A stretch of DNA of 63,414 nt, filler included, from Chiloscyllium plagiosum (GCF_004010195.1; 5 parts of one record of this genome joined end to end with filler, not necessarily neighbours in it); one strand, 5' to 3'; positions 25,495 through 39,627 are shown, numbered from the whole stretch's first letter. Notes: a model not told the origin generated them from the sequence alone. Translations and numbers: made by a program.

Positions 25495-25594
25495 NNNNNN
25501 NNNNNNNNNNNNNNNNNNNNNNNNNNNNNNNNNNNNNNTTAATTAATTAANNNNNNNNNNNNNNNNNNNNNNNNNNNNNNNNNNNNNNNNNNNN
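25495..25594. other. Artificial contig spacer (also 41157-41256, 55452-55551, 60847-60946)
   Basis: Identical 44 N + TTAATTAATTAA + 44 N layout (stop codons in all six frames). Confidence 0.97.
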
Positions 25595-25710
25595 GAGATC
25601 AATCTGAGATGGGTACAGTTGAGAACAGAAGTGAGTCAAACAGTCAGGGCAGGCAGGGACAAGGTAGGACTAATAAATTAAACTGCATTTATTTCAATGC
25701 AAGGGACCTA
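25595..25710 (+). mobile_element. CR1 fragment at ORF2 start (endonuclease N-terminus)
   Basis: KLNCIYFNAR motif. Confidence 0.7.
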
Positions 25711-25720
25711 AGAGGGAAGC

Positions 25721-25893
25721 TGAAAATGTGTTGCTGGAAAAGCGCAGCATCCAGAGAACAGGAGAATCGACGTTTCGGGCATAAGCCCTTCTTCAGGAAT
25801 GATTCCTGAAGAAGGGCTTATGCCCAAAACGTCGATTCTCCTGTTCCCTGGATGCTGCCTGACCTGCTGCGCTTTTCCAGCAACACATTTTCA
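25721..25893. mobile_element. Penelope-like palindrome with hammerhead motif
   Basis: Inverted repeat centred on 25801. The minus arm carries CTGAAGA-a-GGGC-ttat-GCCC-GAAAC-GTC. Confidence 0.75.
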
Positions 25894-26227
25894 AGTCCAA
25901 TTACTTGTTAGTCATATGTATCAAAAGAGGAGAGAGTTGCTTATTCTGGGGACACGGTCAGGAATGGGTGGGAAGGTAGTGAACAAACCACTGATCACAC
26001 TTTACATGTAAAATCGGTTCCCAGGAGACCACTGGGTTGAAACAGTTTCCCATCAACTTCATAACACATTGGAGGAATGACATACAACAAGACAGGTATT
26101 CTTAAAAATATAGTTATGCAAATCCATAATAAAAAGGTTTTGGAGAAAAGGGGTGATAAGATGCATCATAAGCAAATTTTAGATAAGTTACAAAACAGAT
26201 TTTGTCCTAAGTAATTAAGAAAAGTAG

Positions 26228-26845
26228 TGTGATAATGCTGCTCCTTTAACAAGCTTGGCTTTTTTTTAAACAGCAAGGTTATAAACGACACAGACTCAGA
26301 AAAATCCAGGTTTGAAGGGTTTTAGGGCCAGTTTGATGATAGCTAACAGATGCTACCTTGGGCAAAAGACTTTCAAGTTTAAAAAAAAAATACTTGTACA
26401 ATGAAACGGTAGCGGCCAGTTCTCCAGCTCAGCTCTTCTCTGGTTTGGTTAGTCACTGAAAGCAGTCAGACAGTTGTGAAGCTGCTGGACCCAAAGAAAC
26501 AGGTCCATGCTGAATCTCTCTCTCTCTGTCTTCTCTCCTTTAAGACCATGTGTTTGATTTTACCTTTCACGCAAATGGATGTTTAAGAGGATAATTGGAA
26601 ATATTGGGAACAGCATCATTAATTTGGGATAGTCTGTTGTGTTTTGGATAGGTTAAGTTATTCTGTATTCTGTTCTCTTTTGTTTGTGTTTCATTCTGTA
26701 ATATTGTAAATAAATTCTGTTTTTTTAAAACTAAATGTTTGACCATCTGCACCCCTTCTGGAATGTCCACTTAAAACAACTAGCAAAGTTAGGGTCTGGG
26801 ATAGTTGTTGAAATGTTTTGAGGGCGTCTGGCGTGGTCCATAACA
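26228..26845 (+). mobile_element. Probable solo LTR
   Basis: TGT...ACA termini, internal AATAAA and T-rich U5-like tract; no clear target-site duplication. Confidence 0.45.
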
Positions 26846-27329
26846 TGAGCATAACATTTTCTCTTCAATAAATGGAAGGTTAACATTGAGGCCACTTACT
26901 TTCCCATACTATTGATCTACTTAATGTGAGAGTCATGTGTATTGTATTATTTTCTATATTTCAATGGTCTACCATCGGCTACTACATTTACGTTGCTGCA
27001 AGATCATGACAGTCATCAGAAAATATTTGAATGACAATTGGCTGTTAGATTATCTGTGTAGATAGGATACAACTGAACAAGTTTCGATTGTCAGGAAGGT
27101 GCCAGTGTAGTAGCTATTCTTGAACAACTGGTTCTGGAAGCAGTTTGCTCTGAGACATGAGTTTTCAACACCAGATGAAATGTTGTCAGTGCATATCACC
27201 TCACACTGAGAACAACGCACTCATCTGCTTCTAAATGTCACTTTATCCATCCAATAAATAATACAGTATCAATATGTATACTGCACATTTCCACATTCAT
27301 AAGTAAACATTAAGTGTTTGTGTAACATA

Positions 27330-27575
27330 CTCAGAGTGAAGGGATAACCCTTTAGAACTGAGATGAGGAGCCGGAGGATGGTTAATCCGTGGAACTCATT
27401 GCTGCAGAGGCCCATGGAGGCCAAGTCATTGAGTGTATTTAAGACAGAGATTGATAGTTTTCTTGTTTGGTGAGCGGATCCAGAGTTATGGGGAGAAGGA
27501 TTGAAAAATACATCAGCCATGATCAAATGGCACAACAGACTCGATGAGCCGAATGGCCTAATTCTGCTTCTATAT
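27330..27575 (+). mobile_element. CR1 3' end (older subfamily)
   Basis: WNSL..R..EA.SL..FK.EID motif and tail. Confidence 0.75.
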
Positions 27576-27824
27576 CTAATTATCTAGTTTCAGTTAGATT
27601 CCATATTTAGTTTCACTACTTTTGCATTTATATAAAGAAATTGTTTCTACTTTAGTTTTTGCTGTTAGCATTCATTACATTGCTATTTATAGTACAACAA
27701 TTTTAAGTAGCAATTGTACTCAATTGAAATATGCCAGCATTTCGGCAATCCTTTTATTCAGCTCCTAATATTATTTTTTGCCAGATATTTAAGAAAAGTG
27801 TGTGTCTTGTTCAGTATAGCTTAC

Positions 27825-27994
27825 CCTTTCAATTCATTTACTGATGTCGACAGCATCAGGTTGTGACCTAATAAGTACACTGAGGCAATGAGATCACTCC
27901 ATTGCACCAATTCCCCAAGTGGGCCTCCTTTAAAGGCATTTTCGGCTATTTTAAATCCTGACTCCTTTGTCAAAAGACCTAAATGAAGTAAAAT
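27825..27994 (-). CDS. MGAT5-like internal exon (170 bp), includes catalytic-base motif
   Basis: ttattgttag|ATT...GG|gtaagc; ILLHLGLLTKESGFKIAENAFKGGPLGELVQWSDLIASVYLLGHNLMLSTSVNELK. Retains the GT18 GGPLGELVQWSD motif. Confidence 0.95.
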
Positions 27995-30184
27995 CTAACA
28001 ATAAAGAGAAAAGATTAGTTTTTGTTTTCATCATTTTAGTATGAAATCAACTTTTAAAGCATCATTGACATGTTGTTAAACACTCTAATTTTAAGTTTGA
28101 TATGTGCAATTAGCCTTTATTTCTGTGAAATCTGTACTAATGAATTCACGCTTCTTTGACAGTTGAATTAATTCCAGACTAAATTGAGACACTTTAGAAA
28201 ACTCCAGTTCAAGAAAATGAGCCTGATGCATTACCAACAGTGATAAAATAATTGGAAGTTTTCATTATACACAATATAAATCAAGTGGGACTCAGAAATG
28301 AAATTCAGAAACAGCACAATCTATAAATGCATTATTTTTGACTGAATTTGAAAGGTAAGTCCACTTCAAAATAAAGAATAATACTGTTTAAAGCACACTA
28401 GTCTTGTTGCTAAGTGGACCCTGTGAAATTGCATTAGATCTGTTATTGTATTTTGTTTATACTTGACTTTAATTGAGCATTTCTAACAGTTCAATGTAAA
28501 AGTGAGTGTAATGCACTCAAATACCTTGGCAGAAAAGGTCTTATTTAACAAGTAGGGACCATTTATTATTTGTTCCTGGTTACCAAACAGTGATTTCTGC
28601 TATAAAACAAGTTTGTAAGTGGGCAATAATCACATAAGATACAACTAAGATTAAGCCAAAAACACTGTTTGATTGAAGGGTCTGCTGAAATTAACTGCTT
28701 AGGCTCAAGAAAGAGTAGTTGGGCAAGGTAATGGTGGCTTGCTATCATCATTTGAATTATATCCTTCTAATGTATGGAGTTTTAGAGGAGAAATAGAGAA
28801 GAAATTTAGTAGGGAAAAATATTTTACGTCTCTTAATACAATAGCTTTGCTGTTCATTGTGACCATTCCTCTCTAACAGAAGTGGAGGCATAATCGTTGG
28901 GTAGAATTTTGCAAACTTAGCTCCTGCAAGAAAGGCAAGAACATTTGTAGGTTAGGATACAGATTTACTAATTGGCAAGCTTTCCCACAATAATTTCCCC
29001 AAGCCACAACATTAAAATATGGCTTCTGAGATCGATTAAGGAAGCGAGCAGGAAATGTCATTTCCGATAAAGGAAGGATTCCAAGTTAAAGGGACTGCAA
29101 CTTGTGTTCCACACACTCACCAGCTCTTGGATGTTTGAGACTGCAGTAAACATGGGAACTGGAGCTCTAGGAAGGTTTTCCTTCGGGCTCTCTCTTACCT
29201 GGAGGTTCTGCTTGAGATCTGAGGGGCTGCAGTGAGGTGAGCTCTCACAGGGATGGGGAAATGATGACAACCTTAGGAACCAAGCAGGTAGGTGGATCTA
29301 AGTTCATGTGGGATGATCCATCCAACCTAGAGACGGGATACAAAATTATCCTGGAACTCAAGAAGGTGGGCAAGTTGAATGCCATGACATCTTCAGTAAA
29401 CTATGACTTTCCCAGGATTGTTCATACAAAGCAAAAACTCTCAAATTGAAGTGATTTCACTATTTGAAATTTGAATTTTATTTCTGGAGCATTAAGAAGA
29501 GTTAAGTGTTGAAACACTTTCAATAGTCTCACTAACATTTATTTTAGCAGTTAAGGAACTCTTGCTTTCTGCAACGAAAAACATGTATACATATAGATTT
29601 TTAAGCTCGTTTTGAGATATTGGTGGAAATGGCCTACAAATCGATCTAAAATTAAGATTAATGGAGATCACTGTTATTCATGCATGAACACTACAGCAAC
29701 TTTAGTCAAAGGCAGTCATGTTGTCAAATTTGGAAATCCAGAAGTTGCAGTCTGAGTTTCATCACTCCAATCAACCCCACTATTATATTTGCAACCTGAC
29801 AGCTTGCATTATTCCTCATCAGACAATGCTTGAATGGTGTGAAGCTAATATCCGTGGATAGTAGATATGAAGTCAACTTGCCAGAGAATGCTAAATCTTG
29901 TCTATTTCAGTACAAGTCTCCTTTTAGTGATGTGATGTGTGTTCATTACTGCTGGTTGACCTCTCTGATGCATCTGCATAAATGCTAACTGGTAAAAACA
30001 TCTTACTAACTACACATTACGAGCAAAATCACAATATAAAGTTTATTCTAACAAAATATTCAAATATGTAATATATCATCTTTAATTGGCATTTGTGGCA
30101 TTTAGCTGAAACAGGTCTAAGGCCAAAACATACAACCATAACTGGGAAACTATAGTTGATATGAACAGAACATTGTTCTCAACA

Positions 30185-30835
30185 CCAACAATTTGTATTT
30201 ATGTAGCATGCTTAATGTAGTAAACGATTTCAAATTACTCCATAGGAAAACCATCAAGCAAAAATTGGTAACAAACTGCATAGGAAATAATGTTGGAGAT
30301 TCAAAGGAGGGTCTTAAAGGAGGAAAGAGAAGAGGAGGGGGTTAAGGAGTTCCAAAACTTAGGGCATTGGCAGCTGAAGCATGGTTATCAATGGTTGGAG
30401 CAATTAAGATCACAAAGGCTCAAAGGCAAGAATATGATTAAATATCTTGGATTGTAGGTGTGAAGATGATGACACGGTTAAAGAAGGTGAGGCAATAGAA
30501 GGATTTAACAATAGATTCAAATTTTAAAATCAAGCTTTTGCTTAACCAGTGGCCCAATTCATGCTGATTGGTGAACTTGATTCGGACATTGGCAGTAGAA
30601 TTTTGAACAACTTCACGTTTAGAGATGGTGCAATATGTTAGGATTGGTCAGAATTGTGTAGGTCTGGAGGTGGAAAGTATTTGGATGAACATTTCAGCAA
30701 CAGATGAACTGAGACGGAGATGGAATTAGGCAGTGTACACGTGGAAAAGGTGGCCTTAGTGATGGCACTTATGCAGTTAAAGTTCATGCCAAGGTCCAGC
30801 ACCAAGATTGCGAAAGTATTTTTATTCAGCCTCAC
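30185..30835 (-). mobile_element. Old L2-like LINE 3' fragment (related copy ~21240-21660)
   Basis: Both loci begin with caac..ttgtatttatgtagca..ttaatgta and share downstream similarity; decayed. Confidence 0.5.
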
Positions 30836-32229
30836 AATTTTCAAAGGCGACAAAGTTAAAGTCAAAATTCTGTGGATGCTGGAAATTTAAAACAACACAC
30901 CAAAATGGTGGAGAAATTCAGTTCTAGCAACATCTGTAGAGAAAGAAACAGCATTAAATGTTTTGAGTCTGATATGGCTCTTTAGGATGATAGTTCAAGA
31001 ACAAAGTTTTTGATAAAGATCAAAGACAATGGCTTCTGTTTTTTTCAGCATTTCATTGGGAAATATTTGGAAGGCCCAGAGCTACTGTTCAATTGCAGAA
31101 TAACAGTAAAGTTTAGGAATAGAGCGTATTCATAGAGCTCAAAAACTTGTCAATAACAGACATCACAAATACGACCATTTAAGTAATTGTAGCTCATGGT
31201 TTTCATGATTTTGCCTGATGGAAAGGCAAGCAATTATTCTCAGGTTCCAATAACTTGACAACATGTAAAATGTTCTCCACTGCTTTGTCATCTGATAAAT
31301 ACAAGATTGAAAGTTGCCACAAAAGGAGTGGACTTGCATAGAAAAATATTTCATGGAAACACTACCTCGGGGCATGCAGCAAATGAGGAAACCCCAGCTG
31401 AAGACCCATAGGGGCTTACAAAATACAAATTACAAAAATAGAATGTTATTAAATTGTGATATTTTTCATTTGTCTCCTCCAAAATATATCCCATGTTTAT
31501 CACAGCACGTTTCCACGATCTCTATTCTGGTTAAGAATGAGAGGGGATGAAATTACCTTTGTCATATTTATTCCACATTAGTCTCGCAATACTTCTAGGT
31601 TAACTGACATTTACTAGATTTTAGCCTCACAACAACTAAAACCTAAAGCTTATATTTTTGTGTTTGAACAATACATAACCATAATTGTTGCATCTCTGTA
31701 ACCTCCTCCAAAGCTTCAATCTCACTCTCTCCAAACTTTTCTGTGTCTCTAGTATCTCCACCCAATTTCTCCACCATTGACCGCCACATTTTTGAATTCT
31801 CTCCCTGCACCTTCCACCTTCATCTTCTCCTTTAATTAAATTCGATGTCTTCCACTTCTCCCACTAATTTGGTTTAGTATTCATTTCTGTACAGTACTTG
31901 GGTACATTGTTCCATGTTCACCAGGTCTGCATTTATATAAATTTACATTTACACACACATTAAAATTTGCATAAATGCAAATTGTATATTCCTATGTTCT
32001 AAAACAACTCTATTAAAAGTTGGAATGAAACTGTATAGTCACTTCATCAAATGTATGCTTTTTACCACTTTAAAAAAATGTTGCTCACTATAGAAAAAAA
32101 TCAGATTTTTAGATGCATATGCAAGTGCAGTTGTATGTTAACCAAACTATCTCATAGGAAATAACTTGTCGAAGTGCTTTTTTCAGAAACAAAAAAGAAA
32201 TTTAAGGTAACGTATTTGCAATGTTATAC

Positions 32230-32391
32230 CTTTTTTTTTGGTCGATTTTCTAAATTCCGTTTCTTTGCCAATGCTTTCATATCCATGATCCAGTTCTCTT
32301 TCATCCTTTCTATTCTTAGTTTTATCCATGTGAGCTCTTTACGTTCAGCCAGCATTTCCAACAAAACATCGAGACTGGTTGCAACCTCGGC
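32230..32391 (-). CDS. MGAT5-like internal exon (162 bp)
   Basis: tattgttag|GCC...AAG|gtataa; AEVATSLDVLLEMLAERKELTWIKLRIERMKENWIMDMKALAKKRNLENRPKKK, homologous to MGAT5 AEIRTDF...WMRLRIRRM...WI...NLEKRKRKK. Confidence 0.9.
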
Positions 32392-32544
32392 CTAACAATA
32401 ATGGAGTAATTGTGATTCTGAACACCAAACAGAAAATAATGCAACAATGGAAGAAAAAGTATTCTCTCAGATAAAGTACAGATGACTGTAATAAAGAGCA
32501 CTGTTATGACCAGATCCAAACAGGGTCTCTGATAGTTGTTCTGC

Positions 32545-32860
32545 TCAAATCCTCCAACCCTGGCAACATCTTTGTAAATCTCTTCTGAACCCTTTCATGT
32601 TTCATAACATCCTTCCTGTGGGAGGGAGACCAGAACAGTTCCAGACAGAATACAACCAACCAACCATCAAGTCAATTTTGTATCCACTTTGCCAGCTTGA
32701 CCTGGATTCCAAGCAATCTAACCTTCCAGAGCAGCCTACCATGTGGAACCGTATCAAAGGCCTTAGTGAAATCCGTATGGACTACGTCTGCCGCTCTGCC
32801 TTCGTCAACCTTCCTGGTCACTTCATCAAAGAACAAATTTGTGAACAATTCAGACATTGA
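32545..32860 (-). mobile_element. CR1 fragments
   Basis: DFTKAFDTVPHGRLL motif on the minus strand. Confidence 0.85.
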
Positions 32861-33069
32861 TCTTTAAAGCTTTTAGTTTTTAATCTTTTTGGACTCCCCA
32901 CTTAATTCTAATCTGTGTCTGTGTGCACCACATTATTAATTTTTTTTTTGTAATTAATTAGTTTAATATTTTTAAAATGTGAGTTAATTGGGTATGGGAG
33001 AAAGAATCCACAAAGTTTTAAATTAATCTTTTTGTATCTAACTGAGGGATCGTGTGAATAAAGAAGAGC

Positions 33070-33745
33070 CAAAGAGACCTTGGAGTCCAGGTTCATATTT
33101 TCTTGAAAGTGGACAAACAGGTAGATAGGATAGTGAAGAAGCATTTGATATGCTTTCCTTTAATAGTCAGAGCATTGAGTATAGGAGTTGGGTGGTCATG
33201 TTGCAGTTGTACAGGATATTGGTTAGGCCACTGTTGGAATATTGTATGCAATTCTGGTCTCCCTCCCATCAGAAGGATGTTGTGGAACATGAAAGGGTTC
33301 AGAAAACATTTACAAGGATGGATAAAAACAAGAGTTGAAGGATTGAGATATAGGCAGAGGGTGTATAGCCTGGGGCTGTTTTCCCTTGAGTGTTGGAGGC
33401 TGAGGGGTGATCTTATAGAGGTTTATAAAATTGAGGGGGGTGGGTAGAGTAAAGAGACAAGGTGTTTTCTCCGGGTTGGGGGAGTCTAGAACTAGAGGAT
33501 ATAGGTTTTGGCAACTTTTTCACACACGGTGGTGCGTGTAAGGAATGAGCTGCCAGGGGAAGTGGTGAATGCTCGTACAATTACAGCATTTAAAAGGCAT
33601 CTGGATGGGAATATGAATAGGAAGGGTTTAGAGGGATATGGGCCAAGTGCTCGCAAATGGGATTCAATTAGGTTAGGATATCTGGTTGGCATGGACCAGT
33701 TGTATCAAACGGTCTGTTTCCATGCTGTACATCTCTATGACTCTG
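33070..33745 (+). mobile_element. CR1/HER1 3' fragment
   Basis: LVRPLLEYC...NELP motifs and tail ctctatgactct. Confidence 0.9.
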
Positions 33746-34011
33746 AGCCAGTTCATCCATCCTCACCTGGAATTTTCAGTATTCTGTTTGCAGCCCTCAT
33801 TTTTGACCCACTACGTATCCTAGAAAGGTCACTTGGACCTTAAACTCCCTCTTTGAGAGACTGACCATGAGGTCATCTGACTGTATTTTCCAGAGAAGAC
33901 TTCCAGTTGTCCTAAGCATGTTACCTATATGTTGCTGTACACTGAGCGGTCATCTAGGTACACTACAAAATTACATAAACCTGTCACTATCTGGTTCATT
34001 GGCCTTTCAAA

Positions 34012-34327
34012 TTAGAATTGGAGAATCCCTACAGTGTGGAAACAGGCCCTTTGGCCCAACAAGTCCACACCGACCCTCCGAAGAGTAACCCACCCAGACA
34101 CATTCCTGTACATTTACCCCTGACTAATTTCGCACACTATGGGCAATTTAGCCTGGCCAATTCACCTAACCTGCACATCTTTGGATTTTAGGAAGAAACC
34201 AGAGGACCCTGAGGAAACCCACGCAGACACGGAGAGAATGTGCAAACGCCACACAGATAGTCGCCTAAGGCTGGAATCGAACCCAGGTCCCTGGCGCTGT
34301 AAGGTAGCAGTGCTAACTACTGAACCA
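34012..34327 (-). mobile_element. HE1/V-SINE
   Basis: Family consensus match. Confidence 0.9.
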
Positions 34328-35430
34328 TTTTGGAGTCCAAACAGCATGACTCAACACTGGTATAGTTACATAGGCAGAAATTTCCTTTGGATGGGCTACC
34401 GGGGATTCTGCTAGTTTCCCCTGAGTAAATCTATCTTGACTTTACTGACCCTATCCATGCAATCTTCCAGTTGGAGTATCAGGTAGGAGTCAATTCTGGT
34501 CATTTTTTGGCCTTAAGAAACTGTCCAACTTGGGCACCTACACAAATAGCTGCAATTTCCATTGCTAGGCTCTGTTAGTTGGCATTCCAGCACATAGTTG
34601 ATCACTCCTGGACATGGGTCAGTTTTTCAGAGAATACCAACAGAGATTTTACCTTACAGGAGAGGCCTCTCCTGCATCCATATTATTGAGAGCTAGGGTG
34701 GAGCAACCAGACTTGTCTCTGCAAATGCCTTTAAATAGAGTGAACAGCCACATTAGGTGTGCTTGCTGCTCTGCAACTAGGTCAGTATGTAAGAAGTCTA
34801 AGCTCGTTAGTATTTTGATACGGGTTAGTTAGGTAATAGGTATTCAATGTGGTTATGGGCACTTAAGGAAGAAACAACTTTAAAAAAAGTCAGAAATATT
34901 TAAGGAAAATTACTGCAGATGCTAGAATTTGTATTTAACACAATAAATGCTGGAAATCACAGCAGGCCAGGCAACATCTGTGGACAGAGAGCAAGCTAAC
35001 ATTTTGAATCTAGATGATTTTTCATCAGGTGGGTGGCAGCAAGTCTTAGTTTTTGTAAATTCTGCTATCTTTGCTATGATGGAGAGCTCTCCAATGTGGC
35101 AAAAGTTCATGTCCAAGTTTAATTTCAGTCTCTTATCAATGAAAGGTATAGAGTTGGTAGGGAATAGAGTTTGGAGCATAGATCATCAAAAATTGCTTTA
35201 GTTTCCCCAATTCCACAACATTTACAAACATCTCTGTAAGAATAAAAATTTCAAGAGGTGTTTATTGTATTTAAAGAAAGACTAATAGAAAGCATAAGAA
35301 TACCTTGTGGATTGTATAATGTGCTTTAAATAATATATATATATACTTGAATTAAAATTACAAAAACTATTGCTTCTGATAGTTTATTTCTAAAAACATT
35401 TAAAATGTATTAATGATTCAACTCTCTCAC

Positions 35431-35502
35431 CTTGGGTTTTAAGGCATCATTATTAGCAACCTCATTTATTCTTACTGGAAGCATAGGGCAGAAATTCTCA
35501 AT
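35431..35502 (-). CDS. MGAT5-like internal exon (72 bp)
   Basis: ttctttag|ATT...AAG|gtgaga; IENFCPMLPVRINEVANNDALKPK, similar to MGAT5 VENWCPHLPWR...; phase 0/0. Confidence 0.88.
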
Positions 35503-36865
35503 CTAAAGAAATATAGACAATTAATATATCACATTAAAATTGAACAATATAACAGAACAAGAAATAGATCTTGTTTTTTTTTTAAACTTTGAGTAGAATC
35601 TGTACCTTTAACTCTTTCACTCTGAAACTAATTGTTTGGAATATACGAAAGCCCTGAATGGCTGACTCTTCAATTTAATTTATTTTGCAGTGGGTGTGCC
35701 TGACTTTTGTCATGCGCCTTAAACCACAGATGAATTTTTCTAAATGGTGAATTCTTGTTCATTTCTAAATTATCGGTAATGGCATTAGTTCCAATTTTCA
35801 ATGGATCTAGAACCATCCTTTTAAGTTTTTGTTTATTCTTGCAGTTTACAGTAAAAGTAGTACCATGCTCTGTAGGTCATCACTGCACATTTATCGCTCT
35901 ATTCTATTAGGGGTCCTACCTATAACTGAAGAGTTCTCAGTCTTTACAACTCTCTTTCACTTTGTTCACATCAGTGGCTTCATGAAGAACAGTGAAAAAA
36001 AGAGATCAATATTTCTATAATTTCTAATGATGACAGAACTACACAATTCAATATTTACAGCTTTATATGAACTTTGGCTTTGCTTTCAATTATTTCATGC
36101 TTTCATGAAAAGGAATGACCCACAGCAACTAACATGCTATGGTGCTCAAAGTCACTCACTGGCAATATAGCAAGTTTGTCAGGAAGAAAAACTCAATTTA
36201 TTTGGTTACCAAAATCCTATTCTATATTAATAATGTTAAGAATACGAAACTTTATAGGATGGTTATGGTTTGAAATGTTTCCTTTAATTTATGGTGAAAC
36301 CAAGTGGTGTGAAGAGAAGAAAAGTAATATTATATCTAGGTGATAATCCAGAATATTTCCGAAAACAAAACTTGAAATCCCCAAACTGAAGAATAACTGG
36401 AGATAAACTGGGCACCTGGTGAACACATTGATAAGAAACCCTAAAAATAAATATGAAAATAAGTGCAATTCAAACAACCTTAGGATTAAAGTATATTTAA
36501 AATTAATGTGTGTTAACTTCAAGGTCAATGTTAGAAGTTAAGACATTGAACATCAGATAGCCCATTTCTGAGCCTCTTGTAAGAGTGAGGACTTCTCTGG
36601 TTATCTTCTGAAAAGAAGTTAGAAGTTAGCAATTCTGGGAAAGAGGGTTGTAAATTTATGGTTTAAAATTAATGACAATTTGGCATTTGCCAAATATTAT
36701 TAAATCATTTGCTTGAACTCTCGTATTGCACATCCTGTTTCATGTGCTATTCAGTGTGCAGCATGGTCAGAACTCAATCTTGCCTATTACCAAAACAAAA
36801 AAAAATTAATGCATTGTTTTTCATTTTGTTCATAAGTAGTGAAATGGACAATACAGGTTTGAATG

Positions 36866-37121
36866 ATTAGATTAGATTAGAAGAGTAACCCAACCATACC
36901 TATTTCCCTTTGACTAATCTAACACTACGGGCAATTTAGCATGGCCAATTCACCTGACTTGCACATCTTTGGACTGTGGGAGGAAACCGGAGCACCCAGA
37001 GGAAACCCACGCAGACACGGGGAGAATATACAAACTCCATACAGTCACCGAGGCTGGAATCGAACCTGGGATCCTGGTGCTGTGTGGCAGCAGTGCTAAC
37101 CACTGAGCCATTGTGCCACCC
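36866..37121 (-). mobile_element. HE1/V-SINE
   Basis: Family consensus match. Confidence 0.9.
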
Positions 37122-37629
37122 AATGATTTATGGTATGATATATTTCCAATTACCTTATGTGATAGAGTGTACTTCTTGAAAATTTGATCTCAGCTAGAGG
37201 GACAACAGTGTTAAATTTGACTTCAATGATTTTAAACATGGGAAAAGATTGAATTAGCTTTTGGCTTAGAATTGACGTGGGGAACAGAGTTTGGAGCACT
37301 GATCATCAAAAATGACTTTAGTTTCTCCAATTCCACAATATTTACAAACATCACCCGAAGAATAAAAATTTCAAGATGTGTTTACTGTATTTAAAGTATG
37401 TATTTATTGTATGCAACTATGTCTGCGTTGAGGATGAGCAAAGAAACGATCATATTTAGTTGTGATTTTAGAATGCAGTATGGAGACATGTTTCAGTAGT
37501 AAAGAAAAAGACAAAGTTTGGTAAGAAAAAGAGGGAAAACAACATCTCATTTGTTAATATTTGAAAGTACCTTAATTACATGAAATTAAATCCTGTAACA
37601 AATGATTTAAGTACAAGCAATATATTAGT

Positions 37630-39030
37630 ACTGGATGCACTTTCTCAAAATTCCATAGATACTAGAATGGCCCCACAGATTGGAAGTCAGCAAATGTAAT
37701 TCCTCTATCCAAGATAGTAGGAAGAAAACAGGGAACTGTGTGTGTTAGTTACCAACATCGATCACCTGGATAATTCTTGAGTTTCTTATTAAGAAAGTCG
37801 CAACAACATGACTCTATAACATATTTAGAAAATCATAGTACAATCAAAATCAACATGGTTTTATAGAAAGGAACTAATGTCTGTCAAATTTACTTCAATT
37901 TCTTTATGATACAAGCAGCAGCGTGGACAAAGGGAATCAGTAAATGTAGTATACTTGAATTTCCAAAAGATGCTACACACGGCTCATTGAGTTGGAGGAA
38001 ATGTACTAACACATATAGGGGATTGAGTAGTGAATAAGGAGCGGAGTACAGACAAATGGTACATTTTTACATTAGTAGGTTATGTCTAGGGCCACAGCTG
38101 CTGTACTTACACCCAATGTTAATGAATTAGACAAACAGACTAAAAGTAATCTAAAAGTAAGAGACTAAAAGAACTAACTAGAAATACAAAGCTTGATGGG
38201 GATGAAATCTGTGAGGGGGACACAGCAATGCTGCAGAAAGTATTTGCAAAGGTTAAGTGATTGAGCTATGTGACAGCAGACAGGTTATTTTGTGGGAGGT
38301 GCAAACTTATTCAATTTGATAGTAAGAATAAAAAAATTGTATTCTTTAAAACATGAAACTTGTAAATGTTGATGTTCAGAGAGACTTGGGTGTATCTGTA
38401 CAAATACATCCAGTTAGCATGCTGGCAAAGTGAGCAATTATGAAAGCATTTAGTATGTTGGCCTTTATTTTCAGGAGATTGAAGATTTGGAATAAAAAAG
38501 TCCTCTGAGATTGTATAAGGCTTTGGCAAGGCCACTCTTGGAATACTATGTTCAGTTTCAGACTTCACACTGAAGGAAAGGTATGCTTGTATTCCAACAC
38601 AGTGCAGCAATGAGATCGCTTGCTTCCTGATCAGATTGCTTCCCAATCACTATAAATTGCACAGGTACCATGTCAAGTTTAGGTGAAGGAGAGGTGATTT
38701 CACTGAAAAATACAAGATTTTGAAGGGGCTTTACACTGAGAAATTGTTCCCCTGGCTGAAGAGTGACTGGGGCAGTCTGAGGACAAGATGACTATAATTT
38801 AGGACTGACATTGTAAAATAAAATTGTGAATCTTCGGGATTCTCTACCTCAGAGTTGTGGAGGCTTCATCGTTATTGCAATTAAGGATGAGACAGACAGA
38901 TTTCTTTTCTCTCGTGGAATCAAAGGAAAGGTAAGAAAGCGGTGTTTATGCTGATAATCAACCAGGTTTGTATTGCATGGTGGGGCAGGCTTAAAAGGCC
39001 TTATGATCTACGCCTGCTCATATTTCTTAC
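37630..39030 (+). mobile_element. Old, heavily decayed CR1 LINE
   Basis: Remnants of DWKSANV.P, QHGF, RPLLEY and 3' tail. Confidence 0.7.
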
Positions 39031-39627
39031 ATTAACTTCACCAAGAGTGCATGTTCATTATATTTGAATAGGAGATCACTATGCATTGCTTCAACTTTTA
39101 AAAAATGACAGTATGGTAAAACAAAGAAGGTTAACACAAGTGACATAATACAGTAAAGTAGCAAACCAATTTAAAAAGGCAATACTTTGCTGAATTTTGC
39201 AAACCTGAAAACTAAAGTCTTTCTGCAACTCAGTGAAGTTATTAGATGTACTTCTTTTTATGCCTTAAGTCTACGGCTCACCTTTTGCAGTGTAGAAATA
39301 AAGAAAAAAATGACAGGCTCCTTCATCATTGACAATTCTATGATGCTATTTATTTAAATTTAGCCTGGTTTCTGATGGGTGAAATAATATTCACTGGAAT
39401 CAATGTCAGTAGCCTGAATCTTTTTTCCCCAAAGTAGAATGCATGGGAAAACTATAATGATATTGTATTAACTGACAGACTCACTATTAGTTATTGAAAA
39501 TTGAATGTTTCAGGAATTTGAGAGAAAAAAAATCACATTGCTCATAGGTAAGTCACACGTTTGCGACTGCACTGTATGTAACCCGAGACGTTAGACAATT
39601 TTTTAAATGGAAGTAAAAATAACATAC

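Noticed and set aside
25539..25550. TTAATTAATTAA as a biological motif
   Set aside because: Artificial spacer centred in N runs.
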